The notes beneath the pieces were generated by a model. That model searched no databases. It was given only the letters and a program-made list of their open reading frames with translations, and had not been told where the DNA came from. The translations under genes and the position numbers were made by a program. Positions 20,274 through 30,755 of a DNA stretch of 64,000 bases are shown piece by piece (position 1 is the first letter of the stretch; the number at the start of each line of letters is the position of its first letter). The stretch is from Hyalangium minutum. Its GTDB lineage: Bacteria; Myxococcota; Myxococcia; Myxococcales; Myxococcaceae. Location of the stretch: NCBI RefSeq assembly GCF_000737315.1, contig NZ_JMCB01000007.1:321072-385071 (forward strand), written 5' to 3'.

Positions 20274-20372
20274 AAACGAACCGGGCACCGGACTCCTGAA
20301 GAGCCCGATGCCCGGCGTGTCACTTCACTCCCGTGGCTGCGCCCGGGTCACCCCAGGCGCGCACCTGTGTCA

Positions 20373-22631
20373 TTACGGGTAGTACGGAGGGTACTCGGAG
20401 GAGCCGCCCGTATCCTCACCCGGAGCGCCCGGATCCTCGCCAGGAGCACCCGGATCGGACGGGCCGCCCGGATCGGACGGGCCGCCCGGATCGGACGGGC
20501 CGCCCGGATCGGACGGGCCGCCCGGGTCGGACGGGCCACCCGGATCAGTCGGGCCACCCGGATCGGTCGGGCCGCCCGGATCAGTCGGGCCACCCGGATC
20601 GGTCGGGCCGCCCGGATCAGTCGGGCCACCCGGGTCGGTCGGGCCACCCGGATCAGTCGGGCCACCCGGGTCGGTCGGGCCACCCGGATCCGAGCCGTCC
20701 AGGCAGATCTCGAACTCGTTCAGCGCGTTGATGTGGCCCTCGGCGTCACCCGTCAGCGACTGGGCGTAGATGCCGCCATCCCAGCTGCCGTTGTAGAAGG
20801 TGATGTGGGCGTAGGGCGCCAGCACCGTCCCGAACACGCCGAAGCCCTGCAGGTTGATGCTCGTGGTGGTCACGAAGTTGTAGAGCACCCCGTGCTGATC
20901 AATGCCGCCGCTGAAGCTGATGCCGAAGCCCTGGAAGGTGGCCGAGTTGCCGCGGATGTTCACCACCGCCAGCGAGCCAGCCGGCGCGTCGATGTTGAAC
21001 ACCACCGCCCCCGTGAAGGCGCTGCCGTCCACCTCGAACACGTTCAGCTCCGGATCCGTGCCGTTCAGGTACAGGCCGCCCCACACCTCGCGCCGCGTCG
21101 TGCCGTTGGCCGGAATCAGCCCCAGCCGCTCAGACAGCTGCTGCAGGTAGGCCTCGTGCTCCACGAAGTCGATGGGCTCGCCCTGCGCCAGCGTGCCGCG
21201 GGGGAACGTCACCGTGCCACCCGCCGTGGTGCTGCCGCCGTAGAAGGCGTCGCCGAAGACGGCGCCGTGGCTGATGTCCAGCGTGCCACCGGCCACCAGC
21301 ACGTTCTGGGTGTCGCTCGGATTGAGGCCCGAGCCCACCGCGAAGCCGTGCATGGAGATGTTGCCGCGCGCCGCCACCTTGCCCACCACGTCATGGCCGC
21401 CCGAGTAGTTCTCCAGCAGGAACAGGTTGTAGTCGTTCAGGTGCACGGAGATGCACTCGGCCGGAGGAGGAGGCTCCTCGGTGATGTTGATGGTGTGCGT
21501 GCGCGGGGCCTCCACGTTGCCGGCCACGTCCGTCGCGTAGAAGGTGATCGTCGTCACTCCCAGGTTGCTGATGACGGGCAGGATGGCCGCCGAGCCCGAC
21601 ACCGTCTCGCCGCCCGTGGTCGCGCCGCTGAGCACGTAGGTGATGCTCGCTACGCCCGACTCGGTGTCCGTCGCGGTGATGACGCCGTTGACCGGACCGT
21701 GGTTCTCGCCGTTGGCATCAGGCCCCGGGGACACCGTCAGCGTGCTCACCGGGGGCGCGATGTCCGGGCGGCCGTTGCGCACGTTGAAGATGTAGCGGCC
21801 CGGGATGGTGCTGTTGCGGCTGCCGTGGATCAGGCCCGTCTCGCTGTTGCTGTCCAGCAGGGCGCCGTTCACCAGCGAGCCCGGGAACTGGAAGAAGTTG
21901 GCCGCGTCACCCGTGCCCGCGGAGAAGCCCGCGCCGGCCGAGGTGCCACCGAAGCCGTTGCGGCCACCGCTCGCGTCACCGGCCTCCCAGAGGATGCGCG
22001 AGTAGTTCAGGATGATGTCGAAGTTGCCGGCGCCCGTGTCGCTGCGGTCCACCAGGAGCAACTGGAAGGTGTTGCGCTTGTCGGCGTGGCGAGACCAGTA
22101 GCCCACGTCCACCCAGCTCACGCAGAAGGCCCGGTGGCCCTCGAAGCTGAACGCGCCCTGCGAGAACGTGGTGAGCCCCGACACCGGGCCCGAGCCCGCG
22201 TAGCGCGTGTCCACGTCCGCGAAGAACGGCGCGATGATGGGAGGCGTGTTGGCCCCCAGCACGAACGGGGTGTACGTCGGCATCCGCGCGTTGAACGTCA
22301 CGTTGCCGTTGTTGTTGATGAAGAACTGCGAATACGTGTTGCCGAAGAAGTTCAGCTGGAATGGCAGCGAGATGACGTCGGTGGAGCTGTCATCATTGGC
22401 GGGCAGCGACAAAGCAAAGCACTCGTCGTCCCAGACGATGGCGCTCGAGGCCAGCGTCGACAACTCAGAGCGGCGGCTCTTGAGCTCCGCGCGAGCCCTG
22501 GCGTCGTTGAGGACACTGGCGACAGTCGCGGGTTCTCTCTGTTCCCGCTTTTGCTGTGCTGCTGCGTCATCCTGCGTGCCGCAGGCGGTGGTTATGAGCA
22601 CCGCCAGCAAGCCGATCAACAATCTCTTCAC
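20373..22631 (-). CDS. Surface lipoprotein: nidogen-like domain, Ig-like domain, choice-of-anchor A-like domain, DPGGP(T/S) repeat tail
   Basis: GGAGG RBS + GTG start; lipobox ITTAC; [16 protein letters not shown] nidogen-like motifs; C-terminal tandem repeat. Confidence 0.7.
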   Translation of the reverse strand: MKRLLIGLLAVLITTACGTQDDAAAQQKREQREPATVASVLNDARARAELKSRRSELSTLASSAIVWDDECFALSLPANDDSSTDVISLPFQLNFFGNTYSQFFINNNGNVTFNARMPTYTPFVLGANTPPIIAPFFADVDTRYAGSGPVSGLTTFSQGAFSFEGHRAFCVSWVDVGYWSRHADKRNTFQLLLVDRSDTGAGNFDIILNYSRILWEAGDASGGRNGFGGTSAGAGFSAGTGDAANFFQFPGSLVNGALLDSNSETGLIHGSRNSTIPGRYIFNVRNGRPDIAPPVSTLTVSPGPDANGENHGPVNGVITATDTESGVASITYVLSGATTGGETVSGSAAILPVISNLGVTTITFYATDVAGNVEAPRTHTINITEEPPPPAECISVHLNDYNLFLLENYSGGHDVVGKVAARGNISMHGFAVGSGLNPSDTQNVLVAGGTLDISHGAVFGDAFYGGSTTAGGTVTFPRGTLAQGEPIDFVEHEAYLQQLSERLGLIPANGTTRREVWGGLYLNGTDPELNVFEVDGSAFTGAVVFNIDAPAGSLAVVNIRGNSATFQGFGISFSGGIDQHGVLYNFVTTTSINLQGFGVFGTVLAPYAHITFYNGSWDGGIYAQSLTGDAEGHINALNEFEICLDGSDPGGPTDPGGPTDPGGPTDPGGPTDPGGPTDPGGPTDPGGPTDPGGPTDPGGPSDPGGPSDPGGPSDPGGPSDPGGPSDPGAPGEDPGAPGEDTGGSSEYPPYYP
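20457..20690 (-). repeat. 13 x 18-bp coding tandem repeat (8 DPGGPT + 5 DPGGPS), followed by DPGAPGE x2
   Basis: Units counted directly in the DNA. Confidence 0.95.
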
Positions 22632-22726
22632 GGACTTCCTCCTCCCGAATAGGCCCTGCAAGAGAGCAAACGAGCCCAACCGCTTTCTTTGCAGGGCGAG
22701 CGCAGTCTACGCTTGTGGTTCGGTGA

Positions 22727-22755
22727 TGTTAAACAATAACAATCACACTGTTAAA
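22727..22755. promoter_or_regulatory. AT-rich patch with TGTTAAA direct repeat (22-bp spacing)
   Basis: TGTTAAA at 22727 and 22749, about 100 bp upstream of the nidogen-like gene. Confidence 0.35.
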
Positions 22756-22756
22756 T

Positions 22757-25459
22757 CTAGGGAACCCCGAGTGATGCCGGGCCAACGGCCCAGTCCGCCG
22801 CACGGTGTGTGTCTGTAGGGCCGACACGCCGAGACGTCGTACTCCGGTCGGTGGAGACGTTGTCCCAGCTGGCAGAGACTTCAATGGCTGTAGGTGAGGT
22901 GCTGTAGGTGCATGGAGCGCCCCCGCAGTTGGCCGGCAGCCACTGGTTGACGGACTGCAGCTCCTGGAGCAGGGGCGGGAAGGTCTCCGTGGTGACGGAG
23001 GGCCGGGCGAAGGCCACCGCGTCCTGGGTCGCTCCCTGGGCATTGTTCACGAGGACGACGCTGTTGGTGTTGTAGAGGAAGCCCAGCGTGCCGCCGTGGA
23101 TGTCCCAGGCGTTGTCGTAGTTGGAGGCGTATGTCGCGCTGCGGAACTGCGTCTTGCTCGACGTCTCCGAGCTGGGGGCATCGAAGCCCGAGTTGGTGTC
23201 CGGGTTGAAGTGGACGACGATGATGTCACCGGTGGCCACGGCGACAGCGGGCAGGGCGGTCAGCGTGGTGGTGTCCCGCACGATGGTGAAGTTGGAGATG
23301 TTGCCGCCCTGCACCACGTACAGCTCGAGCAAGTCCCGGCCCGAGGCGACGTTGGGGGCGATCTCGTTGATGCGCAGCACAGCGGGGGCCTGGAAGCCGC
23401 CGAAGGTGGCCGTCCGGCCGGTGGCGTCCATGCCGCTGCCCAGGGTGTCGCGGATACTGGTGGCCAGCGTCACCGTGTAGCTCTGCCCGTTGGTCTGGGT
23501 GGAAGTCGTCAGCAGAATGTCGCGATCCTGGACGCTGGCGGCCGAGGCCGTCAGGCCGTTGGTGAAGGTGAACTGGCTGCCATTGGCCTGCACGCTGGTC
23601 GGATCAATGCGCCGGTCCAGGTGGATGACGACGCCCGTGGTGCCGCTGCTGGCCGCGCTCAGCACGGTGGGGGCCGGGCAGGTGTGGACGGTGAAATCGC
23701 TGTTCACCCAACCGGAGGCCTGGGCCTGGGCGCCATTGCGCCACAGCGGGGCGCGGGCGGTGACGTTGCAGCCCTTGCTCACGTCGAGCGTGTCTTGCAC
23801 GAGGGTGGGCAGACGAAGCTGGAGGTTGCTGTTGCTGGCCGAGCCGGAGGTAGACAGGGTGGAGGCCACGTACCCCGAGCCGGACGGCGAGAGGGTGTCC
23901 AGCAGCGTGCCGGTGATGGAGATGAGCTCGCTCTCGTAGCTGGCCACGGCGGGAGCCAGGTCCACGGAAGTCACGTTGGCGCGCAGCGGCCCCACGGGCT
24001 CGCTGGTGCCGTTGCGGAGGTAGTTGGTGATGGCCGTCACGTGCACCATGCCGTTCACGGTGGCCTTCTGCGTGGCCAGCAGCGTCACGCGATCCCCGGC
24101 CACGGGCACAGGGTTGATGCTGGAGGGAGACACCGCGACGAAGAGGGCGGGGCCCGACGGCTCGGCCTGGAGGAAGAACCCCGGGGAGTCCCCTCCGATG
24201 GAGGGCTTCACGTAGGTGATGAGCGCCAGGTCGATCTGCTGGTTCACCGCGCCATCCGCCGCGGCGCGCACGGCGGCGATCTGCGCGGAGATGGAGGCGG
24301 GCGTGCGGCCGATGAAGTACGAGGCGTTCTGCACGGGCTCGGCGTTGTTCCGCGCGTCCACCGAGAAGAACTTCAGCACCGTGTTGGCGCTGATGGCGAT
24401 GGGGTTCGTGTAGCGGGGCGAGGACGTCGTGGGCGTGCTGCCATTCGTCGTGTAGTAGGTGTCCGTGCAGCCCGCGCCGCCCGTGCCGTCATCGCAGGTG
24501 AGCGTCACGTTCTGCGCCGAGGCATACACTCCACCGGCCGGGCTCGCCGTGGTGATGGGCGGCGCGACGTCCGCAGTGAAGGTGTACGACTCGCTCTTCG
24601 CGGACTCGGAGTTGCCCAGCCGGTCCACCGAGAAGAACCTCAGCGTCGTGGGCCGGTTGATGAAGATGGCGCCGGAGTACACGGTGGAGCTCCGCGTCGG
24701 CGTGCTGCCATCCGTCGTGTAGTAGGTGGCCTGGCAGCCGGAGCCCCCCCCGTCATCGCAGGTGAGTGTCACGTTCTGGGCTGTGCCGTAGGCGCCGCCC
24801 GCGGGGCTCGCGGCCGTGGTGGGCGCCACCGTGTCGATGACGTACGTCTCGGTCACCACCGATGAGGGCCGGCCCTGCGCATCGATGCCGATGAACTTCA
24901 GCGTGGTGTTCGCGCTCACCAGGATGGCTGTCGAGTAGGCCGGGGAGGACGCGGAGGGCGAGAGGCCGTCCGTTGTGTAGTGGATGGAGGCACAGGCTTC
25001 GCCAGTGCTGGAACTGCACGTGAGCGTCACCGTCTGGGCCGAGCCATAGTTGCCGCCCCGAGGCGACGCCGTCAGCGTGAGCGTGGAGGCGGCGCCGAAG
25101 AGGTACTCCTCCGTCTTCACCGCCTCGGCGTTGCCCGCAGTGTCCACCGAGAAAAACTTCAGCGTCGTGGTGGCCGACACGAAGAGGGGCGTGCTGTAGC
25201 GCGGCGAGGCCTGCGTGGGCGTGGAGCCGTCCGTGGTGTAGTGCGTCTCCGCGCAGCCACCGCCATTGCCGTCATCACAGATCAGCGACACGGAGACGGG
25301 CGTGGTGAAGGTGCCACCCGTGGGGTCGGCCCGGGTGACGGGAGGGGTCGTATCCTCCTCGGGAGTGGGGGGCTTCGAGCCGCCGCCACACGCGCTTGCC
25401 AGATGGAGAACAAGCAGCGGCAGGACGAACCGGGAGTACGCAGCGGGGTGCAGCGCCAT
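22757..25459 (-). CDS. Lipoprotein with four YTTDGSTP (chitobiase/beta-hexosaminidase C-terminal-like, Fn3-type) repeats and further beta-sandwich domains
   Basis: Lipobox LASAC; four ~80-aa repeats with CDDGxGxGC/YTTDGSTP/LKFFSVD; LRINEIAP lamin-tail-like segment. Confidence 0.7.
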   Translation of the reverse strand: MALHPAAYSRFVLPLLVLHLASACGGGSKPPTPEEDTTPPVTRADPTGGTFTTPVSVSLICDDGNGGGCAETHYTTDGSTPTQASPRYSTPLFVSATTTLKFFSVDTAGNAEAVKTEEYLFGAASTLTLTASPRGGNYGSAQTVTLTCSSSTGEACASIHYTTDGLSPSASSPAYSTAILVSANTTLKFIGIDAQGRPSSVVTETYVIDTVAPTTAASPAGGAYGTAQNVTLTCDDGGGSGCQATYYTTDGSTPTRSSTVYSGAIFINRPTTLRFFSVDRLGNSESAKSESYTFTADVAPPITTASPAGGVYASAQNVTLTCDDGTGGAGCTDTYYTTNGSTPTTSSPRYTNPIAISANTVLKFFSVDARNNAEPVQNASYFIGRTPASISAQIAAVRAAADGAVNQQIDLALITYVKPSIGGDSPGFFLQAEPSGPALFVAVSPSSINPVPVAGDRVTLLATQKATVNGMVHVTAITNYLRNGTSEPVGPLRANVTSVDLAPAVASYESELISITGTLLDTLSPSGSGYVASTLSTSGSASNSNLQLRLPTLVQDTLDVSKGCNVTARAPLWRNGAQAQASGWVNSDFTVHTCPAPTVLSAASSGTTGVVIHLDRRIDPTSVQANGSQFTFTNGLTASAASVQDRDILLTTSTQTNGQSYTVTLATSIRDTLGSGMDATGRTATFGGFQAPAVLRINEIAPNVASGRDLLELYVVQGGNISNFTIVRDTTTLTALPAVAVATGDIIVVHFNPDTNSGFDAPSSETSSKTQFRSATYASNYDNAWDIHGGTLGFLYNTNSVVLVNNAQGATQDAVAFARPSVTTETFPPLLQELQSVNQWLPANCGGAPCTYSTSPTAIEVSASWDNVSTDRSTTSRRVGPTDTHRAADWAVGPASLGVP

Positions 25460-25579
25460 ATAAAGAAGGCCCTCACGAAGAAGAGAGGGCCGGAGAGTGG
25501 CATCGGCGCGCGCCCTGCGGCAAGGAGCCACGGGGGGCGGGTGTTCTCCTCGGACAGGAGGAGAACAGGGCCGCGTGTA

Positions 25580-26551
25580 CTACCTCTTCGCCTCGGGCGC
25601 CTGGAGCTCTGCGGGCACCGAGTCCAGCGCGGTGAGCTGCAGCTTGAGCGTGCCCGGGGGCACGTGCGCCAGGGACTTGCCCGGCGCCGGCGAGGAGCCC
25701 GCCGTCTTCGCGGCCAGCGTGCCCTGCCAGGAGCGCCACTTGCCCGCCTTCACCAGGAACTCGCCGGTGCCCTTGAAGCTCACCTCGGCGGTGACCTCGA
25801 TGGCCTTGGGCTTCTCGTTGTGGTGGTCATCCGCGGGCGGCTTCTTGCCTTTGCCCTTGTTCTTGCCCTTGTCCGGGGCCGCCTTCACGGGCACCGTCTC
25901 TCCCGTAGCCGTGGCCGTGGCCGCGCCAGGCGGGAAGAAGCCTGTCACCGTCTCGAAGAGATCGTACTGAATCGTCGCCACCTTGTCGTCGCCCTCCGGG
26001 GTGAGCGACGCGAGCTTCACGGTGTTGCGCCGATCCGACTTCTTCGCGCTGAAGCCCATGCCGAGCGGCTCGGGGTTCACGAAGTCCGCGCCCAGCGCCC
26101 ACGTGTCACCCACGCCCACCGGATCCTTGGGCAGCTCCAGCAGCAGCGTGGCGAGGTTCCGGTCCACGTCGCCCAGCCCGTCCAGGATGAAGCCGCGCTC
26201 GCTGAAGGTGCCCTGTTCCACGGCCTCCTTCGAGGACTCCCGGGCGATGCGCACCACGTTGTCCCCCTTCTCAGGGTGCACCAGCGCGTAGGTGACCTTC
26301 AACGCGCTGGCACCGTCCTCCGGCGAGCCCTCCAGGCGGAAGGCCACGGGCGCGCCCGTGGCGAGCTTCCAGCGCAGCACCACTTTGTTGGGATCCGGGG
26401 CCGGCTGCGGGGCCTTCTTGGGCTCCTCGGGCTTGGGCGGCTCCACGTAGCCCGGCGGGCGGGGAATGGGCTCCAGTTGGCCGGGCGGCTTGTCACCGCA
26501 GGCGGACAGGGCACCGAGGAGGACGACGAGGCTCAGCAGACATCGCTTCAA
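25580..26551 (-). CDS. Hypothetical lipoprotein
   Basis: MKRCLLSLVVLLGALSAC signal and lipobox; TTG start. Confidence 0.7.
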   Translation of the reverse strand: MKRCLLSLVVLLGALSACGDKPPGQLEPIPRPPGYVEPPKPEEPKKAPQPAPDPNKVVLRWKLATGAPVAFRLEGSPEDGASALKVTYALVHPEKGDNVVRIARESSKEAVEQGTFSERGFILDGLGDVDRNLATLLLELPKDPVGVGDTWALGADFVNPEPLGMGFSAKKSDRRNTVKLASLTPEGDDKVATIQYDLFETVTGFFPPGAATATATGETVPVKAAPDKGKNKGKGKKPPADDHHNEKPKAIEVTAEVSFKGTGEFLVKAGKWRSWQGTLAAKTAGSSPAPGKSLAHVPPGTLKLQLTALDSVPAELQAPEAKR

Positions 26552-26606
26552 AGGGGCACGCTCCTGACAGGAAGCAAGGCGGGGATATCGGAGAGTGCGT
26601 GGCGCT

Positions 26607-27578
26607 TCAAGAGTCCCCGGGACGAGGTGCGGCGGCCCGCGAGAGCCGGTCCCTCACCGCCACGCCCAGGCCCTGTGCCGGAGGCAGACAGGCCAGGAGC
26701 ACATCCAGGCCCGCCCCATCCGCCTCGCGCAGGCGCAGGTAGAGGAGGCGGGCGGCTCCAGCGGGCTCTTCGGGCACGTCGAAGCGCTGCAGCTCGCTGG
26801 GCAGGGCCAGGCTCCGAGGGCCGAGCACCCCTACCCGCCGTCCTTGGAGGCGCAAGGTTTCGGCCCGGGACGCAGCCTGAGCAGGCTCCACCAGCTCCAC
26901 ACCCACACGGGGGGCATAGTGGGACTCCAGCGAGCCGGAGACGCGCACGGTTGACGCGGTGCGTACAGGGACGGGGCGCCCGAGCACGCGCTCCAGCTCC
27001 TCGGCGGCGAGGCCCCCGGGGCGGAGGATGGAGGGCTCGTCCGAGCTCAGGTCCACGATGGTGGACTCGACGCCCACGGTGCAGGGGCCTCCATCGAGGA
27101 GGAGGTCCACGTCGCCGCCCAGGTCCTGGCGCACATGCTCGGCGGTGGTGGGGCTGACGCGGCCGAAGCGGTTGGCGCTGGGAGCGGCCAGGCCTCCTCC
27201 GAGCGCCCGGAGCACCGCGAGCGCCACCGGGTGGTTCGGCACGCGCACGGCGACGGTGTCCTGGCCCCCAGTGACGGCGTCGGTGGCGCGAGCGGTGCGC
27301 TTCAGCACCAGGGTGAGCGGGCCGGGCCAGAAGGCAGCGGCCAGGCGGTGGGCCTCATCGGGGACGGGGCTGGCCCATTCGGACAGGGCAGCGGCGTCCG
27401 GCAGGTGGACGATGAGCGGGTGGGTGGAGGGCCGGCCCTTGATGGCGAAGATGCGGCGCACGGCCAGCTCATCCTCGGCGTTGGCGGCCAGGCCATACAC
27501 CGTCTCCGTGGGCAGGGCGATGACCCCGCCCCGCCGCAGGATTTCCACTGCGCGATCAATGAGCTCCGGGGTAAGCAT
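26607..27578 (-). CDS. sua5: L-threonylcarbamoyladenylate synthase (Sua5/TsaC with SUA5 C-terminal domain)
   Basis: PTETVYGL, KGRPSTHPLIVH, APSANRFG, GVESTIVD, SHYAP. Confidence 0.92.
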   Translation of the reverse strand: MLTPELIDRAVEILRRGGVIALPTETVYGLAANAEDELAVRRIFAIKGRPSTHPLIVHLPDAAALSEWASPVPDEAHRLAAAFWPGPLTLVLKRTARATDAVTGGQDTVAVRVPNHPVALAVLRALGGGLAAPSANRFGRVSPTTAEHVRQDLGGDVDLLLDGGPCTVGVESTIVDLSSDEPSILRPGGLAAEELERVLGRPVPVRTASTVRVSGSLESHYAPRVGVELVEPAQAASRAETLRLQGRRVGVLGPRSLALPSELQRFDVPEEPAGAARLLYLRLREADGAGLDVLLACLPPAQGLGVAVRDRLSRAAAPRPGDS

Positions 27579-27605
27579 GCGCAGCCTCACTGTCGCGGAG
27601 GGGTT

Positions 27606-29036
27606 ATGGGCAAGTCCAGGATGTTCGATGCGCGCAGCCGGATGCCGGTGCCAGCCACGGAGGTGTTCGCCTGGCATGCCCGCGAAGGGGCCTTCGAGCG
27701 GCTGACGCCCCCCTGGGATGCCGTGGAGGTGGTGGAGCGCAGTGGCTCGGGCATCCAGCCGGGGACCCGTCTGAAGATCCGGATGAAGATCGGCCCGGTG
27801 CCGCAGACGTGGGAGGCGGAGCACACGAAGTACGTGGAGGGCTCGCTCTTCCAGGACGCCCAGGTGTCCGGCCCCTTCGAGCGCTGGGTGCACACGCACC
27901 GGATGTGGCCCGAGCCGCCCTCGTCCTCGGTGCTGGAGGACGAGGTGGTGTACGCGCTGCCCATGGGGCTCCCGGGGCGGCTGGCGGGAGGCGGCATGGT
28001 GCGGCGCCGGCTGGAGCGGGTGTTCACGTACCGGCACGCGCTGACGCGCGAGGATCTGCGGCGGCACGCGCTCTACGCGGGGCAGGGGCCGCTCACGGTG
28101 GGCGTGACGGGGGCCACCGGTCTGGTGGGCAGTGCGCTGGTGCCCTTCCTCACCACCGGCGGCCACGTGGTGCGGCGGCTGGTGCGAGGGCGTGCGGACA
28201 AGGCGCGCGGGGACGTGGCCTGGAACCCGGACAAGGGAGAGATCGACACGGCGGCGCTGGAGGGCGTGGACGCAGTGGTGCACCTGGCGGGCGCCAACGT
28301 GGGGCAGAAGTGGACCCCGGAGACGAAGGAGCTCATCCTCCGAAGCCGCACCGAGGGCACGCGCGTGCTGAGCGAGGCCCTGGCCCGGCTCCAGAAGAAG
28401 CCGCAGGTGCTGGTGTGCGCGGCGGCCATCGGCATCTACGGGGACCGAGGCGACGAGGTGGTGACGGAGGAGAGCCCCCCGGGCGCCGGTTTCCTGGCGG
28501 ACGTGTGCAAGCAGTGGGAGGCGTCCACGGCTGCGGCGGAGGCGGCGGGCATCCGCGTGGTGCACCTGCGCATCGGCGTGGTGCTGGATCCGAGGGGAGG
28601 GGCGCTGGCGAAGCTGCTCCCGCCCACGCTCATGGGCGGCGGAGGGCCGGTGGGCGGTGGCCAGCAGTGGCTGAGCTGGATCTCCCTGGAGGACGTGCTG
28701 GGGCTCATCCAGCTGGCCCTGTTCAACCGGGAGCTGCGTGGGCCCATGAATGCCGTGGCCCCCCAGGCGGTGCGCCAGGGAGAGCTGGCCCGCACGCTGG
28801 GCCGGGTGGTGTCCCGGCCGGCGGTGCTGCCCGTGCCCGCGGCGGCCATCCAGGCGCTCTTCGGGGAGATGGGGAAGGAGACCGTGCTCTCCAGCACCCA
28901 TGTGCGCCCCACGGTGGCCGAGCGCCTGGGCTTCTCATTCATCCACCCACAGCTGGAGGGCGCCCTGCGCTTCACCCTGGGTCGCACCCAGGGGGGCCTG
29001 GAGTTCACTCACTCCGACGCGCCCGATCCGTCTTGA
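27606..29036 (+). CDS. SRPBCC domain + TIGR01777-type NAD-dependent epimerase
   Basis: N-terminal FAWHAR..F(Q)DAQVSGPFERWVHTH; GVTGATGLVG; VVHLAG; RIGVVL. Confidence 0.85.
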   Translation: MGKSRMFDARSRMPVPATEVFAWHAREGAFERLTPPWDAVEVVERSGSGIQPGTRLKIRMKIGPVPQTWEAEHTKYVEGSLFQDAQVSGPFERWVHTHRMWPEPPSSSVLEDEVVYALPMGLPGRLAGGGMVRRRLERVFTYRHALTREDLRRHALYAGQGPLTVGVTGATGLVGSALVPFLTTGGHVVRRLVRGRADKARGDVAWNPDKGEIDTAALEGVDAVVHLAGANVGQKWTPETKELILRSRTEGTRVLSEALARLQKKPQVLVCAAAIGIYGDRGDEVVTEESPPGAGFLADVCKQWEASTAAAEAAGIRVVHLRIGVVLDPRGGALAKLLPPTLMGGGGPVGGGQQWLSWISLEDVLGLIQLALFNRELRGPMNAVAPQAVRQGELARTLGRVVSRPAVLPVPAAAIQALFGEMGKETVLSSTHVRPTVAERLGFSFIHPQLEGALRFTLGRTQGGLEFTHSDAPDPS

Positions 29037-29061
29037 CAAAGTTCCATCCTGCGCGAATTAA
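29033..29061 (+). promoter_or_regulatory. Candidate sigma70-type promoter of the ABC operon
   Basis: Perfect TTGACA, 17-bp spacer, weak -10 (AATTAA). Confidence 0.4.
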
Positions 29062-29094
29062 GACGCGTTTTTCGCAAGGTACAGAGGGTCCCGG

Positions 29095-30036
29095 ATGATC
29101 CAGGTCGAAGGGCTCACGAAGTACTACGGCGAGCATGCAGCGGTTCGAGATCTGGCCTTCACCATCAACAAAGGTGAGGTCATCGGCTTCCTTGGCCTGA
29201 ACGGCGCGGGGAAGACGACGACGTTGAAGATCCTCGGCTGTGTGCTCTTACCCACCTCGGGGCGTGTCGTCATCGACGGATACGACGCGGTGAGAGATCC
29301 CCACGAGGTCCGCAAACGCATCGGGTTCCTGCCCGACACGCCGCCGCTCTATGACGAGATGACGGTGGGCGAGTACCTCGCCTATGTGGCGCAGCTGCGC
29401 GGGGTGTCCTCACAGGAGGTCCGCGCGCGCGTCACCGAGGCCGAGGAGAAGACGGCGCTGCGAGAGAAGGACGGGGCGCTCATCTCCACGCTCAGCCACG
29501 GCTACCGGCAGCGCGTGGGCGTGGCGCAGGCGCTGGTGCACCGCCCGGCCTTCCTCATCCTGGACGAGCCCACCAGTGGCTTGGACCCGGCGCAGATCCG
29601 CGGCATGCGCGAGCTCATCCGCAGCCTCAAGGGTGCGCACACGGTGCTCGTCTCCAGCCACATCCTCCCGGAGATCAGCGAGACGTGTGACCGGCTGCTC
29701 ATCATCAGCGGCGGACAGCTGGTGGCGCAGGGCACGGAGGAGGAGCTGGCGCGCAAGCTGGGCGGCGGCTCGGTGGAGGTGGAGGTGCGTGGCGACAAGG
29801 CCAAGGCCCTGGAGGCGCTGGCGGGCCTGGGGCCCGTCACGGTGGCGCAGGAGGACGGCACGGTGCTGTCGCTGCGTGTGGAGGTGTCTCCGGACCAGAG
29901 GCCCCAGGTGGCGCGGGCACTGGTGGGGGCGGGGCTGGAGCTGCTCCGGCTGGATCGCGGCGCGCAGCGGCTCGAGTCCATCTTCCTGAGCCTGACCCGG
30001 AATGGCGGGGCGTCGTCCCAGGAGGTGTCCTCATGA
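29095..30036 (+). CDS. ABC transporter ATP-binding protein (GldA-like)
   Basis: Walker A GLNGAGKTT; signature LSHGYRQR; Walker B LILDEP. Confidence 0.9.
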   Translation: MIQVEGLTKYYGEHAAVRDLAFTINKGEVIGFLGLNGAGKTTTLKILGCVLLPTSGRVVIDGYDAVRDPHEVRKRIGFLPDTPPLYDEMTVGEYLAYVAQLRGVSSQEVRARVTEAEEKTALREKDGALISTLSHGYRQRVGVAQALVHRPAFLILDEPTSGLDPAQIRGMRELIRSLKGAHTVLVSSHILPEISETCDRLLIISGGQLVAQGTEEELARKLGGGSVEVEVRGDKAKALEALAGLGPVTVAQEDGTVLSLRVEVSPDQRPQVARALVGAGLELLRLDRGAQRLESIFLSLTRNGGASSQEVSS

Positions 30037-30755
30037 AGGCGCTGCTGATTGCCCGCCGCGAGCTGGCCGGCTACCTGCGCTCGCTGAGCGGCTACATCAT
30101 CATCGCGGTGATCCTCGCGTTGAACGGGCTGTTCTTCAACGCATTTGCCCTGAGCAAGGCGGCGGAGCGCTCCGCCACGGTGCTCTCCAACTTCTTCTAT
30201 TACTCGAGCGGCTTCACCATCGTCGCCTCGGTGTTCATCTCCATGCGGCTGCTGGCCGAGGAGCGGCAGGCGGGCACGCTGCCCCTGCTGTACTCCTCGC
30301 CGCTGCGAGACAGGGACATCGTCCTGGGCAAGTACCTGGCGGGGCTCCTGTTCCTGGCCCTCTACCTGGCGTGCACCTTATATATGCCGCTGCTCATCGC
30401 GGTTCACGGCAAGGTGTCCGCGGGCCACATCTTCGCGGGCTACCTGGGGCTGCTGCTGCTGGGCAGCGCGTCGCTGGCGGTGGGGACGTTCGGCTCGGCG
30501 CTGGCCCGCAACCAGATCATGGCCGCCATCCTGACCGCGGTGATGCTCGTGGGCCTCATCCTGTGCTGGCTGCTGGCGCGCATTGCCGAGCAGCCGTTGG
30601 CCGGAGTGTTCAGCGCGATGTCGCTGTGGAACCAGCACTTCCCGCCGTTCCAGAGCGGCCTGGTGCATGTGCGAGACGTGGCCTACTACCTGGTGCTCAC
30701 CTACGTGGCGCTGTTCGGTGCCACCCGGGTGTTGGAAGCGCGGAGGTGGCGATGA
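30033..30755 (+). CDS. ABC-2 type permease (GldF-like)
   Basis: RRELAGY, SMRLLAEERQAGTL, VLGKY; about 6 TM segments; ATGA overlap. Confidence 0.85.
   Translation: MKALLIARRELAGYLRSLSGYIIIAVILALNGLFFNAFALSKAAERSATVLSNFFYYSSGFTIVASVFISMRLLAEERQAGTLPLLYSSPLRDRDIVLGKYLAGLLFLALYLACTLYMPLLIAVHGKVSAGHIFAGYLGLLLLGSASLAVGTFGSALARNQIMAAILTAVMLVGLILCWLLARIAEQPLAGVFSAMSLWNQHFPPFQSGLVHVRDVAYYLVLTYVALFGATRVLEARRWR

Noticed and set aside
20457-20690. CRISPR-like appearance of the 18-bp repeat (also the 15-bp repeat at 11444)
   Set aside because: No spacers; both are in-frame coding tandem repeats; no cas genes.
27579-27605. 27-bp gap between the divergent sua5 and TIGR01777 genes
   Set aside because: Compact divergent starts are common, and the start codons are not certain.
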